Assembly (NCBI GenBank): GCA_043783695.1
Contig: JAYVZC010000524.1
Span: 1 to 30,362 of the forward strand
Reading direction: 5' to 3'
Length of the DNA stretch: 30,362 bases
Source of the DNA: Bacteroidota bacterium
Lineage (GTDB): Bacteria > Bacteroidota > Bacteroidia > 2-12-FULL-35-15
The notes beneath the pieces were generated by a model, which saw nothing but the letters and a program-made list of their open reading frames with translations, searched no databases and was not told where the DNA came from. Shown here one piece after another: positions 10,814 through 19,559 of this stretch (position 1 is its first letter; each line of letters starts with the position of its first letter). A program made the translations under genes and the position numbers.

Positions 10814-10836
10814 AACTATTATAAATTTCAACTATT

Positions 10837-12213
10837 ATGATAAATCCAAACATTAACTCTTATATCGAAAAAAACAAACAACGTTTTTTAGACGAGCTTT
10901 TCGAATTATTGAGAATCCCCTCTGTAAGTGCAGATCCCAAATACAAAGCAGAAGTAGTAAAAACTGCGGCAGCCATAAAAGAAAAATTAATTGCAGCAGG
11001 AGCAGAGAAAGTAGAAATATGTGAAACAGCCGGCTATCCAATTGTGTACGGAGAGAAAATAATTGATACAAAATTACCAACAGTTTTAGTGTATGGTCAT
11101 TATGATGTACAACCGGCCGATCCAATTGAATTGTGGACATCGGGACCATTTGAACCGATTATCAAAGATGGAAAAATTTATGCTCGTGGTGCATGTGATG
11201 ATAAAGGACAAATGTATATGCATGTGAAAGCATTTGAATTGATGATGCAAACAAATTCACTTCCATGCAATGTAAAATTTATGGTTGAAGGAGAAGAAGA
11301 AGTTGGTTCAAACAATTTAGGAACATTTGTAAAAGCAAATAAAGAAAAATTGAAAGCTGATGTAATTCTGATTTCCGATACAGGAATTATTGCAAATGAT
11401 ATTCCATCAATCACAGTTGGATTGCGTGGTTTGAGTTATATTGAAGTTGAAGTAACAGGACCCAATCGTGATTTACATTCAGGATTGTACGGAGGAGCCG
11501 TTGCTAATCCAATCAATATTTTATGTGAGATGGTTGCAAAAATGAAAGATGACAAAGATCATATTACTATTCCGGGATTTTATGATGATGTAGAAATATT
11601 AAGTGCGACAGAAAGAGCAGAAATGGCAAAAGCACCATTTAGTTTAGATGAATATAAAAAAGCCTTGGACTTATCCGACATTCACGGTGAAGAAGGATAT
11701 ACTACGAATGAAAGAAATTCCATTCGTCCGACTTTGGATGTAAATGGTATTTGGGGCGGATATCAAGGTGAAGGAGCAAAAACAGTAATTGCATCCAAAG
11801 CATATGCGAAAATTTCTATGCGATTAGTTCCACATCAAAACAGCGATAAAATCACAAAAATATTTACAGATTATTTTAAAAGCATTGCACCAAAATCGGT
11901 GAAAGTAAAAGTTACTCCACATCACGGAGGAGAACCCGTAGTTACTCCAAGTACAACGGCAGCCTACAAAGCAGCAAGTATGGCAATGGAAACTACATTT
12001 GGTAAAAAACCAGTCCCTGTTCGCAGTGGAGGAAGTATTCCCATTGTTGCTATGTTTAAATCTGAATTAGGATTAGATTCGGTATTGATGGGATTTGGTT
12101 TGGATTCTGATGCTATTCATTCACCAAATGAACATTACGGAGTATTTAATTATTTAAAAGGCATTGAAACCATTCCTTATTTCTTTAAGAATTTTGCTGA
12201 TTTAAGTAAATAG
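10837..12213 (+). CDS. M20 family dipeptidase
   Basis: Metal-binding motifs GHYDVQP, RGACDDKGQ, EGEEE, SDT and HSPNE; 458 aa. Confidence 0.92.
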   Translation: MINPNINSYIEKNKQRFLDELFELLRIPSVSADPKYKAEVVKTAAAIKEKLIAAGAEKVEICETAGYPIVYGEKIIDTKLPTVLVYGHYDVQPADPIELWTSGPFEPIIKDGKIYARGACDDKGQMYMHVKAFELMMQTNSLPCNVKFMVEGEEEVGSNNLGTFVKANKEKLKADVILISDTGIIANDIPSITVGLRGLSYIEVEVTGPNRDLHSGLYGGAVANPINILCEMVAKMKDDKDHITIPGFYDDVEILSATERAEMAKAPFSLDEYKKALDLSDIHGEEGYTTNERNSIRPTLDVNGIWGGYQGEGAKTVIASKAYAKISMRLVPHQNSDKITKIFTDYFKSIAPKSVKVKVTPHHGGEPVVTPSTTAAYKAASMAMETTFGKKPVPVRSGGSIPIVAMFKSELGLDSVLMGFGLDSDAIHSPNEHYGVFNYLKGIETIPYFFKNFADLSK

Positions 12214-12243
12214 TACTGATAACTAATCATTCCGAATTATACG

Positions 12244-12268
12244 CTTCTCGACTCCGCTCGAAGTGACA
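12244..12268 (+). repeat. REP-like palindrome, family 2 (TGTCAC-tagged on the minus strand)
   Basis: CTTCTCGACTCCGCTCGAAGTGACA shares TCGACTCCGCTC-N3-GTGACA with the copy inside tsaB at 17636. Confidence 0.8.
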
Positions 12269-12337
12269 AGCTTTGGGTTACAGTTATAGTATTAATTTGT
12301 TTGTTAAAAGGGAATCAAGAACTGACGATAATCTATT

Positions 12338-12365
12338 CCCCTCTTGAGAGGGGCTATGGGCGTGT
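12338..12365 (+). repeat. GC-rich hairpin repeat, divergent family 1 copy
   Basis: CCCCTCT-TG-AGAGGGG followed by the tail CTATGGGCGTGT, similar to the hairpin and G-rich tail of the metH cassette ends. Confidence 0.55.
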
Positions 12366-12387
12366 CTTTGTTTTAAAAATGTTTATT

Positions 12388-12852
12388 ATGAAAAAATATA
12401 TTTTTATTCTTATTATTTTTTGCGGAGCATTCTTTTCTTCTTGTGGCGATTTCCAGGAAGTAACATTCAGTGGAATAGAAAGTATGAAACTAACGAAGAT
12501 CTCTCAGCAAGGAGCTGAAGCAGAAATGGTGGTCAAGATTAAAAACCCAAACAAAACTGCTTTCACAATTTATAAATCCGATTTCGATGTTTCCCTAAAT
12601 GGTATTAATGGTGGCAAAGCACATTTATCGGATAACGTAAAGATAAAAGCGAATTCAGAGCAGACTTATACTTTCAAAATAAAATCTGACTTTTCATCTA
12701 TAAGCATGAATGACCTTCCTAAATTAATGTCGTTGGCAAGTAGTAAAAATATGAAAATAGGATTAAAAGGAAATCTTAAAGTTGGAAAATTATTTGTGAG
12801 GAAAAATTATCCTGTAGAGATGAGCGAAAGTGTTCCTTTGAGTCTGAATTAA
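12388..12852 (+). CDS. LEA type 2 (WHy domain) lipoprotein
   Basis: ATG 12388 gives MKKYIFILIIFCGAFFSSC, a lipoprotein-type signal, and the LEA_2 motif VKIKNPN. The longer ORF-track start at 12301 runs through a repeat and is probably not real. Confidence 0.8.
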   Translation: MKKYIFILIIFCGAFFSSCGDFQEVTFSGIESMKLTKISQQGAEAEMVVKIKNPNKTAFTIYKSDFDVSLNGINGGKAHLSDNVKIKANSEQTYTFKIKSDFSSISMNDLPKLMSLASSKNMKIGLKGNLKVGKLFVRKNYPVEMSESVPLSLN

Positions 12853-14147
12853 TTATCCCATTTACAATTATCAATTCTGTCCAGCCCAAATAATCCGGTG
12901 CTTTTCGTAACTTCTATTTTTTTTGCAGAAAAAATATTTCCTTTGCTTGCTTCCAAACATGTAGCAACATTTCTTTCTAAAGAAGAACTATTTCCATCTC
13001 CAACAAGTGTAATTTCCAATCCTTGACTTCCGTTTTTAATAGAAACAATATCGTATGTTGTTGATGATGTTTTAATGGGAATAAGCATATTCAAACAAAA
13101 GATAATATTAATCAAGCACATTCCAAATCCAGAAAAAGCATACATAGAAAACTGGTGATATTCCATATCTAAATATTCTTTCACATATTTCCATTGTATC
13201 AATCCAAGTACACCACATAAAAAAAGCATAATAAATACTCCGCCAATACTAATAACTGTTGTTGACCAAAACCATATCAATAAAGGGATTCCTGCAAACA
13301 ATCCAAGAAACGTGGAGGTCATTGCAATATAAATTCCATTTCTTTGAATGGTTGTTTGTAATAATGAAAAACGTTCATCAATATGAGAATTATTGATGAT
13401 AGATTGATTCAAATCTGATTCTCCTTTTCGGTACGAAGTTTCAAAAACGGCAACTGCTCTTTCAGCATATACCCTTACTTGATAATCACCTTTAACGTTT
13501 GCAGGGTCTTGATTTAACATCAGCATCAAAAAATTAAAAAGATGAGGCAATTCTTTTCTGAATTCTTTGGGGGCTTCAAAAAAATGTTCGACACAAACTG
13601 CAAAAAACTCATGCATGTTTGTTCCGCCATAGTCTCTTAAAAAAGTAATTCGTTGTTCTTTTAAATCGTGATAGTCCTTTGTAGCAACCTCTTCCCACTT
13701 TTCAAAATATGTGGAAAAATGTTCGTCATAATTACCTTCTTCATCCAAATCAATATACAATGCGTGGGCTAATTCATGTAATCCCAAATTAATTTTATCG
13801 TCATCTACAGCATAACCTTCTTTAAAATCATTCCAAGAAAGAGACAACACTCCACTTTGAGTATTTAATCCTTTTAAATTGGTGTTCAAAAATTTAGAAA
13901 AGAAGATGCGAGGAAAAACATTTATTGCATATAAATGAGAAATCATATAATCTTTCAACCCGAACGTTAACTGAATGGCAGCAGCTGAAATCAACACTTT
14001 TATTTCATCGGTAATGACAATTCCTTCTCTTCCAATAAATTTTTTGTCTTCCATAAAATGGAATAGTCGAGCGACAAAAATTTCCTGAGCATCGGGAGAA
14101 AGATTTTTGAAATAGGTATTTTTTTGCTTTAATAGATTATAAGGCAC
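12849..14147 (-). CDS. Zinc-dependent peptidase, MtfA/M90 family, fused to a C-terminal membrane domain
   Basis: LHELAHAL (HExxH), YGGTNMHEFFAVCVEHFFEAP and SAAAIQLTFGL, followed by about three predicted TM helices. Confidence 0.8.
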   Translation of the reverse strand: MPYNLLKQKNTYFKNLSPDAQEIFVARLFHFMEDKKFIGREGIVITDEIKVLISAAAIQLTFGLKDYMISHLYAINVFPRIFFSKFLNTNLKGLNTQSGVLSLSWNDFKEGYAVDDDKINLGLHELAHALYIDLDEEGNYDEHFSTYFEKWEEVATKDYHDLKEQRITFLRDYGGTNMHEFFAVCVEHFFEAPKEFRKELPHLFNFLMLMLNQDPANVKGDYQVRVYAERAVAVFETSYRKGESDLNQSIINNSHIDERFSLLQTTIQRNGIYIAMTSTFLGLFAGIPLLIWFWSTTVISIGGVFIMLFLCGVLGLIQWKYVKEYLDMEYHQFSMYAFSGFGMCLINIIFCLNMLIPIKTSSTTYDIVSIKNGSQGLEITLVGDGNSSSLERNVATCLEASKGNIFSAKKIEVTKSTGLFGLDRIDNCKWDN

Positions 14148-14204
14148 GGATGAAATTAAAAATTATAATTGATAAATAAAAATTATAGTTTGTATTTTTA
14201 TAAA

Positions 14205-16238
14205 ATGAAAGAATTTTCTGAAAAATACACCAACTCCTTAATTCACGAAAGCAGTCCTTATTTACTGCAACATGCGCACAATCCGGTAAATTGGTATGCC
14301 TGGAGTAATGATACATTAGAAAAAGCAAAATCGGAAAATAAATTAATCCTGATAAGTGTTGGTTATTCGGCTTGCCATTGGTGCCATGTGATGGAACACG
14401 AATGTTTTGAAGATGAAGAAGTAGCAAAACTCATGAACGATTATTTTATCTGCATAAAAGTAGACAGAGAAGAACGACCGGATATTGATCAAGTTTATAT
14501 GATGGCTGTTCAATTAATGACGGGACAAGGCGGTTGGCCACTCAACTGTTTTGCTTTGCCGGATGGACGGCCTATTTATGGCGGAACATATTTTCCAAAA
14601 CAAAATTGGATGAACATTTTATTGAACTTGGCAGATACCTACAAACATGAGCCTGAAAAAGTTTTGGATTATGCAAAACAATTAACCGAAGGAGTAAAAT
14701 TAGCGGAGCTTGTAAAAATTAATTTAGAAGAAAAGGAATTTACAATTGATACTCTACATAAAAGTGTAAACACGTGGAAACAACGATTTGATGGAGAAGA
14801 TGGCGGTCCGAGTAAAGCACCTAAATTTCCTTTACCAAACAATTATCAATTTCTGCAACACTATGTTTATCATACAAAAGATGAAACGGTAGAAAAACAC
14901 ATAGAGCTCACTTTAAAAAAGATGGCTTATGGTGGAATCTATGATCAAATCGGAGGCGGATTTTCTCGTTACTCGGTTGACCATTTTTGGAAAGTTCCGC
15001 ATTTTGAAAAGATGCTTTACGATAATGCTCAATTGGTGACACTTTATTCTGAGGCCTATCAGAAAACTAAAAATCCCTTGTACAAACAAATTGTTTTTGA
15101 AACATTGGCATTTGTAGAACGAGAATTAACATCTCCCGAAGGAGGCTTTTACGCTGCACTGGATGCTGATTCAGAAGGTGTGGAAGGGAAATATTATGTC
15201 TGGACAAAAGAAGAATTACAAACTATCCTGCAAGAAAAATTTGATGTGTTTACAGATTACTACAATGTAAATGCAAGAGGACTGTGGGAGCACGAAAATT
15301 ATATTTTATTGAGAAACGATGATGATGCGATTGTTGCTGAAAGAAATAAAATAAGTTTAGAAGAATTACAAAAAACAATTGAAGCTTGTAAAAAACAACT
15401 TTTACCAATAAGAGAAAGACGTATTCATCCTGGATTAGACAATAAAATACTTACTTCTTGGAACGCCTTGATGTTAAAAGCATACATTGATGCATACAAT
15501 GTGTTTGATGAACCACATTTTTTAGATGTTGCTTTAAAGAATGTCAACTTCTTAATACAAAATTCATTTGTCAAAAATCAATTGCTTCATCTTGCAGAAT
15601 CAAATCAGAAAATAAATGGATTTCTGGAAGATTATGCATTTATTATAGAAGCACTCATTTCTCTCTTTGAAACAACATTGGATGAAAAGCATCTTCACAA
15701 AGCAAACGATTTGATGAGGTATACCATTGAACATTTTCAGGATAAAAATTCAGGAATGTTTTATTTTACTTCAGATGATGACAAGGAGCTTATTACAAGA
15801 AAAATGGAATTATCAGATAATGTAATTCCGGCATCCAACTCCAGTATTGCTAAGTTACTCTTTGTTTTGGGGCATCATTTTGAATCGGAGGAGTATGTTT
15901 CTATGAGTAAAAAAATGTTAAATAATATGCTTACTGAAATTGAAAATTATGGTTCAGGATACAGTAATTGGGCGACATTATTGCTTTATTTTAGCTGTCC
16001 TTTTTATGAGTTGGCAATTGTTGGTAAATCTGTTGATGAAAAAAGGAAAAACCTCAATAAACATTACCATCCAAATAGGATATTTGCTGGAAGTGTTTCT
16101 GAAAGTTCCTTACCACTGCTAAAAAACAGGTTTGTTAAAGACGAAACACTCGTCTATATTTGTAAAGGGAAAACCTGTTTACAACCGGTAAAAGAAGTAG
16201 AGGAAGCATTGAAATGCCTCAGCCCAACTTTTCCTTAA
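14205..16238 (+). CDS. Thioredoxin-domain protein, YyaL/SPATA20 family
   Basis: [44 protein letters not shown] and [13 protein letters not shown] 14205 is the preferred start. Confidence 0.92.
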   Translation: MKEFSEKYTNSLIHESSPYLLQHAHNPVNWYAWSNDTLEKAKSENKLILISVGYSACHWCHVMEHECFEDEEVAKLMNDYFICIKVDREERPDIDQVYMMAVQLMTGQGGWPLNCFALPDGRPIYGGTYFPKQNWMNILLNLADTYKHEPEKVLDYAKQLTEGVKLAELVKINLEEKEFTIDTLHKSVNTWKQRFDGEDGGPSKAPKFPLPNNYQFLQHYVYHTKDETVEKHIELTLKKMAYGGIYDQIGGGFSRYSVDHFWKVPHFEKMLYDNAQLVTLYSEAYQKTKNPLYKQIVFETLAFVERELTSPEGGFYAALDADSEGVEGKYYVWTKEELQTILQEKFDVFTDYYNVNARGLWEHENYILLRNDDDAIVAERNKISLEELQKTIEACKKQLLPIRERRIHPGLDNKILTSWNALMLKAYIDAYNVFDEPHFLDVALKNVNFLIQNSFVKNQLLHLAESNQKINGFLEDYAFIIEALISLFETTLDEKHLHKANDLMRYTIEHFQDKNSGMFYFTSDDDKELITRKMELSDNVIPASNSSIAKLLFVLGHHFESEEYVSMSKKMLNNMLTEIENYGSGYSNWATLLLYFSCPFYELAIVGKSVDEKRKNLNKHYHPNRIFAGSVSESSLPLLKNRFVKDETLVYICKGKTCLQPVKEVEEALKCLSPTFP

Positions 16239-16251
16239 AGGAGAAGAAGTT
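16217..16251 (+). repeat. Degenerate family 1 hairpin repeat overlapping the yyaL 3' end
   Basis: CCTCAGCCCAACTTTTCCTTAAAGGAGAAGAAG resembles the consensus CCTCACCC-N3-CCCTCTCC-N3-5-GGAGAGGG. Confidence 0.5.
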
Positions 16252-16280
16252 GAGACGGACTTATTATTTAATAATATCAT

Positions 16281-17264
16281 TTGAAAAAATATTTTTTTGC
16301 ATACATTTTCCTTTTTGCAATTCATCATTGCAACGCTCAACTGGTAAGCACCAAACCAGTTGAGATAAATGTTGGTCCCACTAACTTCAATTCTACAGTT
16401 GTCAAACAAAATAAAATAAAAAAAATTGATGTTGTCATTGTCGATAAACCTGATGGACAAATGATTATTGACAAAGGTGCAAGTGAGGGTTATCAATTTG
16501 ATAGCCTCGGCAGAGTTACCCGTTATTATTATACGATATTTCATTCGGCAGAAAGAGAAGAAGTGGATGTTCCTGCCATAAAAAAGAAAGGGCGAATTAT
16601 TCGTCAAGCCACTACAAAAACTGTTACCAAATATTTTAATGATACCATTTTTGCATATATTTTTTACGACAACAAAAACAGAGTTGTTTCCAAACGGGTT
16701 AGAACCGGAGATTATTACGATGCGTATTATTATGAATACAATGAGCAAGGACAAATAAAAAAAGAAATGCATTTCAAGGAAACGAATGAAAGTGAAAATA
16801 AAAACGAATTTAAGTTAGGCGTTCAAAGTCTTTTGTCAACTGAATCATTCGAATATATAGTTCTCACTCCTACTCAAATTAAAAAAAAATGCCTGAATGA
16901 TGAAGGGCGAGAATATAAAAAAGCAATCATCAATTACGATGTAAAAGAAAATAAACTATCGGAGAGCTATGAATTTATTGTAAGCTGGATGCGACAAGAA
17001 AATGTTTATCAATACGATTCAAATGGCAGGCTCCTTGAACGAACATATACCAGCAATGAAAGCGGAGAAGTAAAAGAATACACCGCTTATCAATACAATC
17101 CAAACGGGGTTTTGTTGGAGGAGAAAAAGTTTAAAAATGATGTTTTATTATTTGAAATAAGTTCTTTGTATGACGAAACAAATAATCTGATAAAATCAAA
17201 GGTTATTCGCGATCACAAAAATACTTCTATTGGAATTGTGAAATTTGGATATAGTTTTTATTAA
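16281..17264 (+). CDS. Secreted hypothetical protein with YD/RHS-like repeats
   Basis: TTG start, signal peptide, and repeats YEYNEQGQIKKE, YQYDSNGRLLE, YQYNPNGVLLEE. Confidence 0.7.
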   Translation: MKKYFFAYIFLFAIHHCNAQLVSTKPVEINVGPTNFNSTVVKQNKIKKIDVVIVDKPDGQMIIDKGASEGYQFDSLGRVTRYYYTIFHSAEREEVDVPAIKKKGRIIRQATTKTVTKYFNDTIFAYIFYDNKNRVVSKRVRTGDYYDAYYYEYNEQGQIKKEMHFKETNESENKNEFKLGVQSLLSTESFEYIVLTPTQIKKKCLNDEGREYKKAIINYDVKENKLSESYEFIVSWMRQENVYQYDSNGRLLERTYTSNESGEVKEYTAYQYNPNGVLLEEKKFKNDVLLFEISSLYDETNNLIKSKVIRDHKNTSIGIVKFGYSFY

Positions 17265-18022
17265 ACTTCGCCTTTCTTCTTCCCAGCAACAAAATCCTTC
17301 AAGTAAAACGGTTCAAAATAAGCAACATTTTCAAATTGCTTAGCATTGTATGCTTGCTCGGATAGTCCAATCATCTCTTTCGCAGAAGGAACAACATCGT
17401 CTATAAAAATAGTATTTGAATTTTGAGAAAATGTTTCTTTGCATTTAGCAGCTCCATCTCCGAAAAAAACAATTTTATTCGTTTTAAAAATATCTGAAAA
17501 AGAATGTTCATCAATAATTTCTGCAGCAGTTGGTTTTATTTCTTTTCCCACTGAATCATAAATGGCACAATACACTTCCATTCTGCGAGCATCTAACATT
17601 GGACAAAAAAATGTTGGTTGTCCAGCGTCCACTCGCCCTTCGACTCCGCTCAGGGTGACAGCTCGGGATGACCGACCTTCGGTCGCACTCAGGGTGATGT
17701 AACGAGAAGATGTTGCTAAGGAAAGGTATTTTAGAGTGTCCACAGCAACCAAAGGTTTATCCAAAGAATAACACAATCCTTTTGCTGTACTAACTCCAAT
17801 TCTTAATCCTGTATAGGAGCCTGGACCTTTACTAACGGCTATTGCCTCAATATCGGAAAGTTTAACATTTCCTTGCTTGCAAACATTTTCAATAAATAGG
17901 GTTAGATTTTCGGCATGAGAATAATTACCGTTCTGTTCTTTGAGTGCAATTAATTTTCCATCTTTCGCAAGAGAAACACTGCAAACAGTAGTTGCTGTTT
18001 CTAAGTTTAAGATAAGTGCCAT
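17261..18022 (-). CDS. tsaB: tRNA threonylcarbamoyladenosine biosynthesis protein TsaB, with an in-frame repeat insertion
   Basis: ILNLETATTVCSV, GPGSYTGLRIGVSTAKGL, PMLDARRMEVY and EPFYLK. Confidence 0.93.
   Translation of the reverse strand: MALILNLETATTVCSVSLAKDGKLIALKEQNGNYSHAENLTLFIENVCKQGNVKLSDIEAIAVSKGPGSYTGLRIGVSTAKGLCYSLDKPLVAVDTLKYLSLATSSRYITLSATEGRSSRAVTLSGVEGRVDAGQPTFFCPMLDARRMEVYCAIYDSVGKEIKPTAAEIIDEHSFSDIFKTNKIVFFGDGAAKCKETFSQNSNTIFIDDVVPSAKEMIGLSEQAYNAKQFENVAYFEPFYLKDFVAGKKKGEV
17636..17697 (-). repeat. Tandem pair of family 2 REP-like palindromes inside tsaB
   Basis: Minus strand TCACCCTGAGTGCGACCGAAGG and TGTCACCCTGAGCGGAGTCGAAGGG, 39 nt apart, translated as ITLSATEGR and VTLSGVEGR. 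Confidence 0.85.
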
Positions 18023-18030
18023 TTGTTAAT

Positions 18031-19404
18031 TTATTTTTTGGTAACAGTAAACAATTCCGATTTATCTACTTTATTTACCACATCACCATCTTTTAACTCT
18101 TTGGCAATAGCACTATACGGAGCAGATATAATTTCATCTCCTACTTTTACTCCGGAAATAATTTCAATAAAATTATTATCCTGAATTCCGGTTTTTACTG
18201 CCAGCCTTTTCACTTTTCCTTCAGCTATATCGTAAACAAAAACACATTCTTCAATTTTTATCAAGGCATCATTGTTTTGTGTTTTATCATTTTCGTTTTT
18301 CACAACAATATCCTCATTGTCCTCTGCGCCATCTTTTTGTTTGTTCTTTTCCTTGAATGCCGTACTATCACTTCTAGTCGTAACCGATTGAATAGGAACC
18401 GTAATAACATTACTTACTTTTTTGGTTTGAATATCAACTGTTGCACTCATTCCTGGACGAAAAGGAGCGATGTTATTGTTTGCTGTTAACAAATCCATAT
18501 ATGATTCTTGCAGGATTCTAATCTTCACAACAAAATTTGTTACTTGTTCAGCTGTAACACCAGAAGTATTTGCAGAATTAGCAATCTCTGTTACTATACC
18601 TTTGAATTTTCTTCCTAAATAAGCATCCACTTCAATTGCAGAAGTATCACCATTGTGCACTCTTACAATATCATTTTCATTTACTTCAACACTAACTTCC
18701 ATTTCATTCAAATTCGCCAAACGCATAATTTCTGTTCCTTCCATTTGAGCAGTTCCCACAACACGTTCACCTTTTTCTTTGTTTAATTTAGAAACCGTTC
18801 CATTTACCGGAGAATAAATATTTGTTTTCGCCAAATTATCATTTGCTTCTTTCAAAGAGGCCTCTGTGCTTTTAACATTGTAATCAGAAGCATCCACATT
18901 ATCTTCCGCACCTTTCACATCTGCTTTTGCTCCTTCATAAGTGGCTTTAGCTGCATCAAAATCCGATTGAGAAATAGCGCCCTGATCAAACAATTTTTTG
19001 TTACGATTAAAAGAAGCTTCCGAATTTACAAAGGCCGCTTTTATTTGTTCCAAACGTGCTTTTGAATTTGATAAATTTGCTTTTGCTCCGTTTAATGTAG
19101 CCACCATTCTACTGGAATTTGATTCATAAATTAATGGATTTATTTTACACAACAAATCCCCTTTCTTAACCTGATCGCCTTCTTTTACAAGCAATTCAAC
19201 AATCTCTCCCGATACATCCGAACTAATTTTCACTTCCACTTCCGGCTGAATTTTCCCATTTGCTGAAACAGATTCCACAATGTTCCGTTTAGCAGCTGCT
19301 TCTGTTGCTACTTTTATTTCTTTATTCCCGGAACAGTTTTTTAACATCATAATTGATACTAAAAAAACTACTCCTGCAACGATAATCCAAATTATTTTTT
19401 TCAT
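18031..19404 (-). CDS. Efflux periplasmic adaptor (MFP/HlyD family)
   Basis: SANGKIQPEVEVKISSDVSGEI, VKEGDQVKKGDLL, a coiled-coil hairpin, IYSPVNGTV and FRPGMSATVDI. Confidence 0.9.
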   Translation of the reverse strand: MKKIIWIIVAGVVFLVSIMMLKNCSGNKEIKVATEAAAKRNIVESVSANGKIQPEVEVKISSDVSGEIVELLVKEGDQVKKGDLLCKINPLIYESNSSRMVATLNGAKANLSNSKARLEQIKAAFVNSEASFNRNKKLFDQGAISQSDFDAAKATYEGAKADVKGAEDNVDASDYNVKSTEASLKEANDNLAKTNIYSPVNGTVSKLNKEKGERVVGTAQMEGTEIMRLANLNEMEVSVEVNENDIVRVHNGDTSAIEVDAYLGRKFKGIVTEIANSANTSGVTAEQVTNFVVKIRILQESYMDLLTANNNIAPFRPGMSATVDIQTKKVSNVITVPIQSVTTRSDSTAFKEKNKQKDGAEDNEDIVVKNENDKTQNNDALIKIEECVFVYDIAEGKVKRLAVKTGIQDNNFIEIISGVKVGDEIISAPYSAIAKELKDGDVVNKVDKSELFTVTKK

Positions 19405-19426
19405 ATGACTTCTGTTTTATCACAGA

Positions 19427-19442
19427 CCTGCCGGCAGGCAGG
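19427..19442. repeat. GC-rich palindrome CCTGCCGGCAGGCAGG (third repeat type)
   Basis: Perfect 12-bp palindrome CCTGCCGGCAGG (19427-19438) plus CAGG within an AT-rich intergenic region. Confidence 0.65.
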
Positions 19443-19523
19443 TTACTCAGATTTTTTATTTAAAATTTTTCTGTATTTATCTAAGTTATCTGATTCTTTC
19501 TAATATTTTTTTAACGCCTTGCC

Positions 19524-19559
19524 CCCCTCTCCAAATGGAGAGGGGATAAAGGGTGAGGT
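19524..19559 (-). repeat. Family 1 hairpin repeat directly after the tolC stop codon
   Basis: Minus strand ACCTCACCCTTTATCCCCTCTCCATTTGGAGAGGGG, with stem CCCCTCTCC/GGAGAGGGG. Confidence 0.85.

Noticed and set aside
10753-10836. CRISPR array
   Set aside because: Units are 7-9 bp with no spacers, and there are no cas genes in the window.
16179-16772. 197-aa minus-strand ORF
   Set aside because: It is antisense to a better-supported secreted protein and has no recognisable motifs.
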